From NCBI GenBank assembly GCA_049521175.1, contig JBEKPB010000010.1, positions 6,553 to 70,552 of the forward strand: 64,000 nt of DNA, written 5' to 3'. The DNA is from Candidatus Limnocylindrales bacterium. Lineage in GTDB: Bacteria > Chloroflexota > Limnocylindria > Limnocylindrales > CSP1-4. A program made the position numbers and the translations under genes. Shown here one piece after another: positions 55,993-64,000 of this stretch. The first letter of the stretch is position 1. Each line of letters begins with the position of its first letter. The notes below the pieces were generated by a model that made no database searches, was not told the origin of the DNA, and saw only the letters and a list, made by a program, of their open reading frames with translations.

Positions 55993-56040
55993 CCACAACA
56001 TCTTGTGGTATCCCGTTGCTTGCAACCACCATATCTAGGT
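55993..56040 (-). promoter_or_regulatory. NrdR-box-like palindrome plus a second degenerate box about 31 bp away
   Basis: Box 1 is CCACAAGATGTTGTGG on the gene strand (55993-56008), about 12 of 16 matches to the published acaCwAtATaTwGtgt consensus. Box 2 (56024-56039, CCTAGATATGGTGGTT) matches about 9 of 16. Centre-to-centre distance is 31 bp, as expected for tandem NrdR boxes. Confidence 0.5.
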
Positions 56041-56191
56041 CGCGGGCTGCCGTCGGTGGAGATCCGCCACGGGCACGTGGACCGGCTGCGGACGCCGTGT
56101 GGACGCCGTGTGGACCGTCCGATCGACCTTGTCCACGCCGCTCTCCGAGGGCACCGCAAGCGGCCTTGTCGTGGGTCGTGTGCGGCATCTC

Positions 56192-56212
56192 TAGAACGAG
56201 CGTTCTATTCTA
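56192..56212 (-). promoter_or_regulatory. LexA (Cheo/SOS)-box-like palindrome adjoining a TAGAAT -10 hexamer
   Basis: TAGAAC-GAGC-GTTCTA (56192-56207) has the GAAC-N4-GTTC core of Gram-positive/actinobacterial SOS boxes. On the minus strand TAGAAT (56212-56207) overlaps it by 1 nt. Confidence 0.4.
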
Positions 56213-56254
56213 CCACAGAGCGAGGCGGTCGGACTTCGTGTGGTGCGGCGCGGT

Positions 56255-56403
56255 TCGTGGCCCGTGGCACCGAGCGGATGCCCCGGAGGCGCCGCCGGCG
56301 ACTCCGGACCGCCTTGCTGCCCGCTGCCACGGCGGGTCGTGGCCCGTGGCACCGAGCGGATGCCCCCGGAGGCGCCGCCGGCGACTCCGGACCGCCTTGC
56401 TGC
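56255..56403. repeat. two direct copies (66 and 67 bp, period 82 bp) of a GC-rich repeat with an internal hairpin
   Basis: Copies at 56255-56320 and 56337-56403 read TCGTGGCCCGTGGCACCGAGCGGATGCCCCGGAGGCGCCGCCGGCGACTCCGGACCGCCTTGCTGC and differ by one extra C. Each contains CCGGAG...CTCCGG. Confidence 0.9.
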
Positions 56404-56426
56404 ACTCGGCCGTCTTTGGTCACCGC

Positions 56427-57311
56427 CTACTTTCCGCGGTTTACCGATGGGGGCGGTGCTAAATCGGATGGTGGCACGCGAGGGCCCGCCTTTGGACTCA
56501 GTGGCGCCCGCGTGTCCCGTTCCGAAGCACCCTCTGAGCGTGGCTGCGGCGCGTTGGCCCCGCGCCGAGTCGCTCGAACCCGCCTCGTGGGCAGAACGTT
56601 CCGCATAGCACCGCCTCCGTCGGTATCTCGGAGAAACCAGACGCCGCGGAGGTTTCCGACGGGCCGACCGACCCAGTGATGCACGGCCCACGTTCGAAGC
56701 GGTAGCGATGCCGATACCAGTCCGGAATGGCGGTGCACGAGGTCGCGATGCGTCGAGGCGTCAGGCAGGAGCAGGACCACTCCAACAAGACGCGGCTGCC
56801 AACCACGAGCAACCCGCATCGCCGCGGGCACGACCCTCGATTTCATGTCGAGGATCCGGAGCGTCTCCTCGAGCCTCGTGATCTCGGTCTTGACCTCGAC
56901 GATCAAAAGGGCGTTGCAGTCCTGGCGCCACGCCAGCACGTCGACCGAACCTCGCTCACCAAAGCGGTTGAACGATTCCTCACTGCGGACCTCCCAGCCC
57001 AGTCGCGTGAGGAGCTCGACAGTCCGGTTCTGGAGCAGGGCGTGCCTTCGATCAAGAAGGCGGTCGAGCTTGGGACCACGCCACCGCGGTGCCAGTGCGA
57101 TGTCGGCGTCGAGAACTTCCGCTACCCGGCAGTACGTGTCGACCGACAGCGAGCCAAATCGCCCGCACTCGATATCCGACACGGTCTGCTGCGAGACCCC
57201 GGCGCGGGCGGCGACGTCGGCCTGCCGCAGTCGCATCTCGACGCGGATGGCCCGGAACGTGTTTCCGATGTGGACACGGTCCATCGGCGGAGGATGAGCG
57301 GCGGCGCTCAC
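56427..57311 (-). CDS. XRE-HTH protein fused to a PD-(D/E)xK (YraN/restriction-endonuclease-like) domain
   Basis: N-terminal LRQADVAARAGVSQQTVSDIECGR, then GERGSVDVLAW...ALLIVEVKT (D...ExK pattern). Start is GTG 57311 or ATG 57284. There is a long basic C-terminal tail. Confidence 0.6.
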   Translation of the reverse strand: MSAAAHPPPMDRVHIGNTFRAIRVEMRLRQADVAARAGVSQQTVSDIECGRFGSLSVDTYCRVAEVLDADIALAPRWRGPKLDRLLDRRHALLQNRTVELLTRLGWEVRSEESFNRFGERGSVDVLAWRQDCNALLIVEVKTEITRLEETLRILDMKSRVVPAAMRVARGWQPRLVGVVLLLPDASTHRDLVHRHSGLVSASLPLRTWAVHHWVGRPVGNLRGVWFLRDTDGGGAMRNVLPTRRVRATRRGANAPQPRSEGASERDTRAPLSPKAGPRVPPSDLAPPPSVNRGK

Positions 57312-57375
57312 CGGCGGCTTAGCGTCCGACCGACGCTATCGCGAGGAAGGCTTCGGCTTCAGCGGCGGTGGCGAA

Positions 57376-57442
57376 GCCGACAAGGCGGTCCGGAGTCGCC
57401 GGCGGCGCCTCCGGGGGCATTCGCGCGGTGGCGCGGGCCACG
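57376..57442. repeat. inverted copy of the 56.3-kb repeat
   Basis: CCGACAAGGCGGTCCGGAGTCGCCGGCGGCGCCTCCGGGGGCATTCGCGCGGTGGCGCGGGCCACG is roughly 85-90% identical, by eye, to the reverse complement of the 56255-56320 unit. Confidence 0.8.
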
Positions 57443-57467
57443 CCCGGCGCCGCAGCGATCGCGAAAC

Positions 57468-58067
57468 CTACCGGCTGGTGCTCGGTCGACGGCGGCCGTT
57501 GCCGCGCTTGCGGGTGGCGCCGCGGCCGGGCGACCAGCGCGGAGCCTCCGAGTTGGAGTCCGTGGCCGCGGATGGGTCCGGGCTCGAGCTCGCGCCAACC
57601 CGCCCCGACGGCGCCGCGCCAAGGCCGGGCGGGGTTGCGGGACGACCGGTTGCAGGTGCCGAGAGTCGCTGGCGGCCGAGTCGGTCGATGAGCCAGCCGT
57701 TGCGGACAGTCCGACCGCCTGCGCGCCGGACCGTCCCGGAAAGCTCGATGTCGTCAGTCACGACGAGCAGGCCCGCCGCCCGGCCGGCGGCCTCGTCGGC
57801 AACGCGTGCGATGACTTCGTCGGCCGTGAACCGGCCCGAATACCGAACCTCCACCCCGGAGGCGACTCGTCGCGAGACCAGGCCGTGTTCGGGCGACCCG
57901 TCGAGCACCACCACGACGGCGACGCCGGCTGGAACGATCGCCCGCAGCCGGCCGATCAGGGCCGCCGCGGGGAGTGGCGCCGGCGACCGCCGGAGCGCGT
58001 GGAGAACGTTGGTGCCGTCGACGACCAGCCGATCGACCCCCTCGAGGACGCGTCGGTCGTCAGGCAC
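57468..58067 (-). CDS. NYN/YacP-like (PIN-related) RNase domain protein
   Basis: Contains RLVVDGTNVLHAL...VVVVLDG...EVRYSG...ADEVI...LVVTDD. GTG start. Confidence 0.6.
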   Translation of the reverse strand: MPDDRRVLEGVDRLVVDGTNVLHALRRSPAPLPAAALIGRLRAIVPAGVAVVVVLDGSPEHGLVSRRVASGVEVRYSGRFTADEVIARVADEAAGRAAGLLVVTDDIELSGTVRRAGGRTVRNGWLIDRLGRQRLSAPATGRPATPPGLGAAPSGRVGASSSPDPSAATDSNSEAPRWSPGRGATRKRGNGRRRPSTSR

Positions 58068-58125
58068 GAGCGCGACCCGGCTTGGTAGGTCCGAGAGCAG
58101 GGGCGGCGGCCGGGGCAGGGGCGGC

Positions 58126-58210
58126 GGCCACGGCGGCCACCACGGGGGCGGCGGCGAGGGCGGGGGCGGCCAGAGCGGCCACGGCGGCCACCACGGGGGC
58201 GGCGGCGAGG
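58126..58210. repeat. exact 34-bp direct repeat, period 51 bp
   Basis: GGCCACGGCGGCCACCACGGGGGCGGCGGCGAGG occurs at 58126-58159 and 58177-58210, just upstream of the NYN gene. Confidence 0.9.
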
Positions 58211-58288
58211 CCAGGGCGCGCAGCGGCCGCGCCCATCGCTAAGCGCGCCGGCACACGTGACCTGCGTCGCTCAGGTAGCATCCTCGCC

Positions 58289-59140
58289 ATGTTGCTTCTC
58301 GTCGACCTCGATGGTGTGGTCTATCGCGGCGCCGAACCCGTACCCGGCGTAGCCGCCGTTCTTGCCGCTCGGGCGGCAGCCGGCGACGAAGTCGTCTACG
58401 TCACGAACAACTCTATGTGGTACCGCGCCGACTACGTTACCCGGCTCGAGGGCATGGGCGCGCCCGTTTCGCCCGATCGGATCATTTCGTCGGCTCGCGC
58501 CACCGCCCTCTACCTGCGCGACCTCCAGCCGCCGGTGAGGCGCGTACTCGTGGTCGGCGGCGCCGGTCTGATGCATGAGCTCCGCGACGTCGGCATCGAA
58601 GTCGTGCCCTCCGGCGACGCGGCCGAACTCTGGCAGGCGAACGGTCGAGACGCGGGCGCAGCGGTCGGATCGGTCGATACGGTGGTCGTCGGGCTCGACA
58701 TCGACTTCACCTACGGCCGGCTCGCCTGCGCCGCGGAAGCCATTCGGGACGGGGCAAGGTTCGTGGCCACGAATCGAGATCCCGTCTATCCCCACGAGAA
58801 GGGCCTGATGCCGGGCGCCGGGTCAGTGGTGGCAGCCATCGAGACCGCGTCGGGTCACAAGCCGATCTCGATCGGCAAGCCCGGGCCGCTGCTCCTGGAA
58901 GTAGCCGCGCACGCCGTCGGAGTCGACGTCACCGAGGCCGTGATGATCGGCGATAGCCTGGTCACGGACGTTGCGGCGGCCCAAGCCGTGGGGGCGCGGT
59001 CGGTGCTGATGCTCACCGGGATAACGACCCGAGCTCAGGTCGTGGCCCACACGGCCGATGGCCCGACCGAGATCGCCGCCGACGCAACCGAGCTGGCCGA
59101 GGTTCTCGACCGACTCGCTCGCTCACCGTCGCCGGCCTGA
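58289..59140 (+). CDS. HAD-IIA family hydrolase (NagD-like phosphatase)
   Basis: Starts MLLLVDLDGVVYRGAEPVPG...VTNNS...GKP...MIGDSLVTDV. The track ORF is over-extended upstream. Confidence 0.8.
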   Translation: MLLLVDLDGVVYRGAEPVPGVAAVLAARAAAGDEVVYVTNNSMWYRADYVTRLEGMGAPVSPDRIISSARATALYLRDLQPPVRRVLVVGGAGLMHELRDVGIEVVPSGDAAELWQANGRDAGAAVGSVDTVVVGLDIDFTYGRLACAAEAIRDGARFVATNRDPVYPHEKGLMPGAGSVVAAIETASGHKPISIGKPGPLLLEVAAHAVGVDVTEAVMIGDSLVTDVAAAQAVGARSVLMLTGITTRAQVVAHTADGPTEIAADATELAEVLDRLARSPSPA

Positions 59141-59207
59141 CCCGCGACAAACGCGACTCGTCCGGCGTCTCCGGGACGGGCCTCGGCGGTGTAGCATCGC
59201 CGGGATC

Positions 59208-60329
59208 ATGACCACGCCAAACCTCCCCCCGCGTGACGCCACGGGTTGGGGCCTGCGCCCGATCGAAGAGGTCGACGTGGCTGGCTACGCCTCCGGGTTC
59301 GACCTTGACGGTGACCTCTCCAACCCTGGGCATGAGGATTACGAAACCGGCTTGGGCGATCGATTCCGAGCCCTGGCGGGGCGCGCCCTCGTTCGAACCG
59401 CCTGGCTGGTCCTCGCCGCCGCGCTGGCACTCGGGTCTGCCGGGATCGTGGCTGCCGTTGAGCGCTCGCCGTCAACGGGGACGCGGCCGGAGCTCACGTG
59501 GGGCGCGGATCAGGCACTCTCGACCAGGCTCAACTCCGCGGTCCGAGACCTGACCACGCTCAAGGATGACGTCGATGCCCTGGGACAGGAGGCGCGCAAT
59601 ACGCTCTCGAGCCTGGCTCAGGTGAATCAGGCCGGTCTGCAGTCAGCCTGGGACCGGGGCTCGAATGACTTGAGCTCGATCGATTCCAGCGCGGCCAACC
59701 TGAGCGAGCAACTCCAATGCGGGTCCTGGGATACAAGTCTCCAGGATCGGCTGATCCGAACGAACAGCCCGGCCATAGTCGACCGCTACCACCAGGTCTG
59801 CATCGCGATCGCGTCGGTGTCGCCGCTCCATGACGACTGGCAGGCGATGGTAAGCAGCAGCAAGACAGCCATTCAGGTGGCCAACGACATCGAGAACCAC
59901 GATTCGATGGCCGCCGAGGCCCTCCAGCTCGCCACCGCCGGCCGCTACCCGGATGCGCTGGCGAAGATGACCGGAGCGAGCCAGGACATCGCCGACGCCA
60001 GTTCGATCGCGGCCTATCTGGCCAAGGTGACCGACGTCTCGACCCTGACGGAGTGGCTGGATCGGACCACGCAGATGGACAATGCCCTGACGACGCTCTG
60101 GCAGGCGATGGTCGCCTCGAAGGGCGTGGTCACCAAGCAGGTGACGGCCGCTCTCAAGAACGTCAACGACGCCGAGGCTCTGCTGCCAAACGACTCGTCG
60201 GTCATGCAGGTCGTCCTGTATGAGGTGGCGGGCGACCTGACATCCCACGGGATCTCGATCGAGACGGCGCGGGGAGCGCTGGCGAACGCGCTGACGGCGC
60301 TGGTGGGCGGGACGGTCTTCGGCGCGTAG
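59208..60329 (+). CDS. hypothetical single-pass membrane protein with a large helical ectodomain
   Basis: ATG 59208. One TM helix (TAWLVLAAALALGSAGIVAAV), followed by about 300 aa rich in A/L/S/D/Q. Confidence 0.6.
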   Translation: MTTPNLPPRDATGWGLRPIEEVDVAGYASGFDLDGDLSNPGHEDYETGLGDRFRALAGRALVRTAWLVLAAALALGSAGIVAAVERSPSTGTRPELTWGADQALSTRLNSAVRDLTTLKDDVDALGQEARNTLSSLAQVNQAGLQSAWDRGSNDLSSIDSSAANLSEQLQCGSWDTSLQDRLIRTNSPAIVDRYHQVCIAIASVSPLHDDWQAMVSSSKTAIQVANDIENHDSMAAEALQLATAGRYPDALAKMTGASQDIADASSIAAYLAKVTDVSTLTEWLDRTTQMDNALTTLWQAMVASKGVVTKQVTAALKNVNDAEALLPNDSSVMQVVLYEVAGDLTSHGISIETARGALANALTALVGGTVFGA

Positions 60330-60349
60330 CGGCGACGAGCCGTGGCCAC

Positions 60350-60359
60350 GGGGGGGGGG
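60350..60359. repeat. G10 homopolymer
   Basis: Ten consecutive G in the 231-nt intergenic region upstream of pepA. Confidence 0.95.
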
Positions 60360-60560
60360 TCCGGGGAGTGGCTCCGGGAGCGGCCAACGGGTCGCGGCCG
60401 GTGCCGCTTGACCGCGGGAGCCGCGGCAAGGTCGGGCCCTCCAGGCGCCTCGGACGAGCGTCGAGTCGGTAGACTTAGCCCCACAGTCACGACGCCGGAG
60501 CACTCGCCCGGCGATGGGTCAGCGGCGCCCCGATGAGCCGCGCGGCCGGAGGGCCAACCA

Positions 60561-62072
60561 ATGCAGTTGCGCGTCGTCGTCGATCAGCCGTGGGATGTCC
60601 CGGCAGACGTACTCGTCGTCCCGTTCGTAGGCGATCCGGCGTTCGAGGGCGTCCTCGCTGAAATCGACAAGCGCGCCGGGGGCGAGCTGGCCGCTCTGGC
60701 GGCCTTCGGAGAGCTCAAGTGCGAGCGATACGGGACGGTCGTCACGGCCGCCGGAGGGCTTCGGGCCGGCCGGCTGATGGCCGTCAGCGCAGGCGATGCG
60801 AAGACCGTTTCCCGGCAGGTGGTGGTCCGAATCGGGTCGGCGGTCGAGCGCCGGCTGGCCGGCCGCACCGTCAAGACGCTCGCCATCTGGCTGGGCGACC
60901 TCGGAGATCGGATCGACGGGGGAGCGGTGGCCGTCGCAGAGCTGGTCGCGCGCGGCGTCGTCGAGGGCTCGTTCGAGCCGGCCGTCATCTACCGCGATGG
61001 CTACAAGAATGTCCCGCCCGCTCTCGACGAGTTGATCCTGGTCGCCCCCGGCGCCGACGCCGCCGCGCTGAAGCGAGCGGGCGAGCGCGGCGCGATTATC
61101 GGCGAGGGAACCAACCTGGCCCGGCGCCTGGACAACAGGGCGGCCAACGACATCAACCCCGTGGTGCTCGCCGGAGAGGCCCGTGCCATCGCCGAACAGC
61201 ACGGTCTCGCGATCGACGTGATCGAGCCGGCCCGCGCGGCCGAGCTGGGGATGGGCATGTTCCTCGCGGTCGGGTCGGGCAGCGACAACCCGCCGCGGAT
61301 GATCGTGCTCCGATCCGGCGAGGAGGGCGCGAAGGACGCCGCGGGCCGGCGGCTGGCCATCATCGGCAAGGGCGTCTGCTTCGACTCCGGCGGCATCAGC
61401 ATCAAGCCGGCGGATCGGATGGAAGAGATGAAGATGGACAAGACCGGTGCCTGCACCGTGATCGCGGCCATCGCTACCGTCGCCCGACTGGCTCCCGGTA
61501 CCCCGCTGCTGGCCATCGCTCCGGCCGTCGAGAACATGCCCGGCTCGCACTCCGCCCGACCAGGCGACGTGGTCAAGGCCATGAACGGCAAGACCGTCGA
61601 CATCATCAACACCGATGCCGAGGGGCGTCTGATCCTGGGTGACGCGATGTGCTACGCGGAGAAGCTCGGCGCATCGCATCTGGTCGATGTCGCGACTCTG
61701 ACCGGCGCGGTGAGCCGGGCTCTGGGCGATCAGATGACCGGCGCCTTCGGCACGCCACAGGAGTGGTACGACGCCGTTGCCGCGGCCGGCGAGCGGGCGG
61801 GGGAGCGCTACTGGCAGCTGCCGCTCATCGACGAATATCGCAAGGAGCTCGAGAGCACCTACGCCGACATCGTCAACTCCGCTTCCGCCGAGGGCGGCCT
61901 CGTCAAGAGCGCGGTGTTCCTGCGCGAGTTCGCGACCGTGCCGTGGGTCCACCTCGACATCGCCGGCACCGGGTATTTTCGCAAGAAGACGGCCTATGCC
62001 CCGGCCGGCGCCACCGGCGTGTCCCACGCAACGCTCGTGGAGCTCGCCCTCGCCGGCGCAAGGAAGGCGTAG
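60561..62072 (+). CDS. pepA: leucyl aminopeptidase (M17)
   Basis: Contains NTDAEGRLILGDAMCYA and GKGVCFDSGGISIKP. ATG follows GGAGGG. Confidence 0.92.
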   Translation: MQLRVVVDQPWDVPADVLVVPFVGDPAFEGVLAEIDKRAGGELAALAAFGELKCERYGTVVTAAGGLRAGRLMAVSAGDAKTVSRQVVVRIGSAVERRLAGRTVKTLAIWLGDLGDRIDGGAVAVAELVARGVVEGSFEPAVIYRDGYKNVPPALDELILVAPGADAAALKRAGERGAIIGEGTNLARRLDNRAANDINPVVLAGEARAIAEQHGLAIDVIEPARAAELGMGMFLAVGSGSDNPPRMIVLRSGEEGAKDAAGRRLAIIGKGVCFDSGGISIKPADRMEEMKMDKTGACTVIAAIATVARLAPGTPLLAIAPAVENMPGSHSARPGDVVKAMNGKTVDIINTDAEGRLILGDAMCYAEKLGASHLVDVATLTGAVSRALGDQMTGAFGTPQEWYDAVAAAGERAGERYWQLPLIDEYRKELESTYADIVNSASAEGGLVKSAVFLREFATVPWVHLDIAGTGYFRKKTAYAPAGATGVSHATLVELALAGARKA

Positions 62073-62079
62073 GCCGGGC

Positions 62080-62769
62080 GTGTCGTTCGCCGCGACCGTG
62101 GCACCGATGACGATCGGCGGCAACGAATTCGACGCGCTCATCGCAGTCTTCGGTCTCGGCGGGCTGGTTTGGGGCCTGGTCTCGGACCGCATCGCGGCTC
62201 GGTGGCCGGCTCACGAGGACGGGACCGTCCGGGCGGTGGACTGGCGGACTCTGGTCGTGGTGATCTTCGGGGCCGCGGCACTGGCCGCAGTCCCGGCCCG
62301 CTTCGACGACCTCGCCGAGCGGATCCTGTTCGGTGGCTTCTTCGCCGTCTGCGTGCTGCTGATGGCGACCGATCTCGATCAGCGCCTCATGCCCGACGAG
62401 CTGACCCTGCCGTTGATCGCCCTCGGAGCGCTCGCTCTCGTCTGGGGCGGGAATTCGCTGGTTTCCCGATCTCCCGCGTGGATGGCCGTGGTGGGCGCCA
62501 TCGCGATCCCCGGTTTGATGCTGGCGGCGTCGCTGCCGTTTGGCGAGGGCGCGTTCGGCGGCGGCGACGTCAAGTTCCTGGTTGGGGCCGGCCTTCTCCT
62601 GGGGCTGGTGCGGATCGCTCTGTCGGTCTTCTCGGGCGTGATTCTGGCCGGGGTCGTCATCGTGCTCCTGTTGATCGCGCGGCGGGTGACCCTCAAGAGC
62701 TACATACCCTTTGGGCCGTTCTTGATCGCAGGCGTGGTCTGGGTGGCGCTGCTCCCAGCGGCTTCCTAG
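62080..62769 (+). CDS. A24 family prepilin peptidase (no methyltransferase domain)
   Basis: Catalytic Asp contexts LMATDLDQRLMPD and GGGDVKFL, with 6-7 TM helices. Start is GTG 62080 or ATG 62107. Confidence 0.75.
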   Translation: MSFAATVAPMTIGGNEFDALIAVFGLGGLVWGLVSDRIAARWPAHEDGTVRAVDWRTLVVVIFGAAALAAVPARFDDLAERILFGGFFAVCVLLMATDLDQRLMPDELTLPLIALGALALVWGGNSLVSRSPAWMAVVGAIAIPGLMLAASLPFGEGAFGGGDVKFLVGAGLLLGLVRIALSVFSGVILAGVVIVLLLIARRVTLKSYIPFGPFLIAGVVWVALLPAAS

Positions 62770-62842
62770 CGCAAGCGATCGGCCGCCGCATCGGCGGGCT
62801 CCCTACTGGGCCGCGGCTTCCCGCGCCAGGTTCGCCGCGGCG

Positions 62843-64000
62843 TCAGGCCGCGACGGTCGCGCGACGGGTGTCGCAGTTCGGGCAGTAGTACGTGGTGGCA
62901 TTCATCGAGCTCTTCTCGACGCCGAGCAGATCGGCCAGAGGCTCTCGGAGCCCGTCCACCCGCACCTTCGATGCCGGATACCCGCAGGTACACCATTCGA
63001 CGCTCTCGCCCGCGGCTGGGTCGAACTGGTGCTGCTCGGCGAGGAGCGTATCGAAGGTTTCGTGCTTGTCGTCGTCGGTGCCCCTGCCGTCGAGAACCGC
63101 AAGGGCCTGCTGGACCAGATCGAGGTGCGCGAACGGTGCGCTCCGACGTGCGTTCAGCGTCGCCAGAGCCCCGGCTGCGCCGACCCGATCGCGCCAGTTG
63201 GGGGCGCTGCGGAGTATGGAATCGAGGGCCTCGATGGCGGGCTCGCCGATCTCGATGCATTTGTCCCATCGGGACTGGGCGGCCCAGAAATGGGCGGCCG
63301 TGGCGGTAGCGTCCATCGGGTACCAGCCGAGGTGGGCCAGCGCGGCGATGATCTCGGCCCGCTCGAGGGCGTCCTCGGTCTCGAACGCGGAAACGAGCAA
63401 CGGGACCGCCGTCTTGCCGCATTCCCCGGCGTGGCGCCACTCGCGCAGCGCGACCCAGTAGTGGGCGCCCGTGTCGTCGTTCGGGGGATTCCAGCCGATC
63501 TCGGACAGGCCGCGTGCGGCCGCCCGGCGTATGGCCGGGGTCTTGTCCTTGAGTGAAGCGGTGAGGCAGTCGGCCACGGCCGGGGAACCGATGTGGGCGA
63601 GTCTTCGGACCGCGAGCTCTCTGACCTCGGTGTCGTCGTGCTCGAGGGCGGCCTGGAGTGGTTCGATCGCCGCGGCGTTGCACAAGACGTCCAGGGCCTG
63701 CGACGCGGCCCGCTCCACTGCCAGGCTGGAGCGTCCGTCCGACTTCCCGCGGACCTGTTCGTGGGCCAGCACGACGATCAACGGCGCCACCGCCCGCACG
63801 TCCCCGATCGCCTGGAGTGCTCTGACAGAGGCGACCCGCACGTCCTCGTCGGCGTCCATCACGGCCTTGGTTAGGGTCTCGACGGCATTCACGTCACGGA
63901 TCCGGCCAAGCGCGGCGGCCGTGGCCCGGCGCGCGTCCTGGTCCGGATCGGTCATCAGCCGGCGGTAGACCGCCGGGGCGGCAGTGGCGCGAACGTCGGG
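62843..64000 (-). CDS. HEAT/PBS-lyase repeat protein with C-terminal zinc ribbon (5' end outside the window)
   Basis: Repeated D..VR..A..ALG.IGD..AV..L units. The C-terminus has WCTCGYP...YYCPNCD. The reading frame remains open to the window edge. Confidence 0.6.
   Translation of the reverse strand, partial: PDVRATAAPAVYRRLMTDPDQDARRATAAALGRIRDVNAVETLTKAVMDADEDVRVASVRALQAIGDVRAVAPLIVVLAHEQVRGKSDGRSSLAVERAASQALDVLCNAAAIEPLQAALEHDDTEVRELAVRRLAHIGSPAVADCLTASLKDKTPAIRRAAARGLSEIGWNPPNDDTGAHYWVALREWRHAGECGKTAVPLLVSAFETEDALERAEIIAALAHLGWYPMDATATAAHFWAAQSRWDKCIEIGEPAIEALDSILRSAPNWRDRVGAAGALATLNARRSAPFAHLDLVQQALAVLDGRGTDDDKHETFDTLLAEQHQFDPAAGESVEWCTCGYPASKVRVDGLREPLADLLGVEKSSMNATTYYCPNCDTRRATVAA

Noticed and set aside
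55577-56188. 203-codon ORF starting 11 nt downstream of the LexA-box-like promoter, considered as a possible SOS-induced protein
   Set aside because: The product is Arg/Pro/Gly-rich and low-complexity. Third-codon positions are much less GC-biased than in real genes of this window. It also spans the NrdR boxes and the nrdJ promoter. I treat it as noncoding leader.

Overview
High-GC bacterial chromosomal window. Counted lines are about 70% GC, with one clearly lower-GC insert. I support about 60 protein-coding genes and found no rRNA, tRNA or CRISPR array. Gene content suggests an Actinomycetota- or Chloroflexota-like organism (inference): F420-type LLM oxidoreductases, a DDN-family deazaflavin nitroreductase, an Eis-like GNAT, class II RNR NrdJ and PadR/TetR/MarR regulators. 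Most of the window is ordinary housekeeping and accessory metabolism: ABC exporter, MFS pump, aminotransferase, DEAD-box helicase, CspA, MsrB, serpin, RtcB, PepA and a prepilin peptidase. Four things stand out. (1) A defence-type gene cluster lies at 46.3-52.3 kb. It holds a stand-alone TIR-like protein divergent from a wHTH-nucleotidyltransferase, an XRE plus unknown pair, a voltage-sensor K+ channel with a SHOCT tail, and directly abutting it a low-GC 766-aa Mrr-nuclease/STAND-NTPase fusion. (2) nrdJ carries two short AT-rich synonymous-codon patches exactly over catalytic motifs. It also has a long ORF-poor leader with NrdR-like and LexA-like boxes. (3) An XRE-HTH/PD-(D/E)xK nuclease gene is bracketed by about 66-bp inverted repeat copies. 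(4) There are unusually many disrupted genes: uppP with two in-frame TAGs, four single-nucleotide-deletion frameshifts in three genes, two sigma-factor remnants, a response regulator lacking its N-terminus and a glycosyltransferase without a canonical start. GC-rich intergenic minisatellites also recur. The ORF track uses the longest ATG/GTG/TTG ORFs, so many starts were trimmed here using SD motifs and conserved N-termini. All family assignments come from motif recognition by eye, not from searches.
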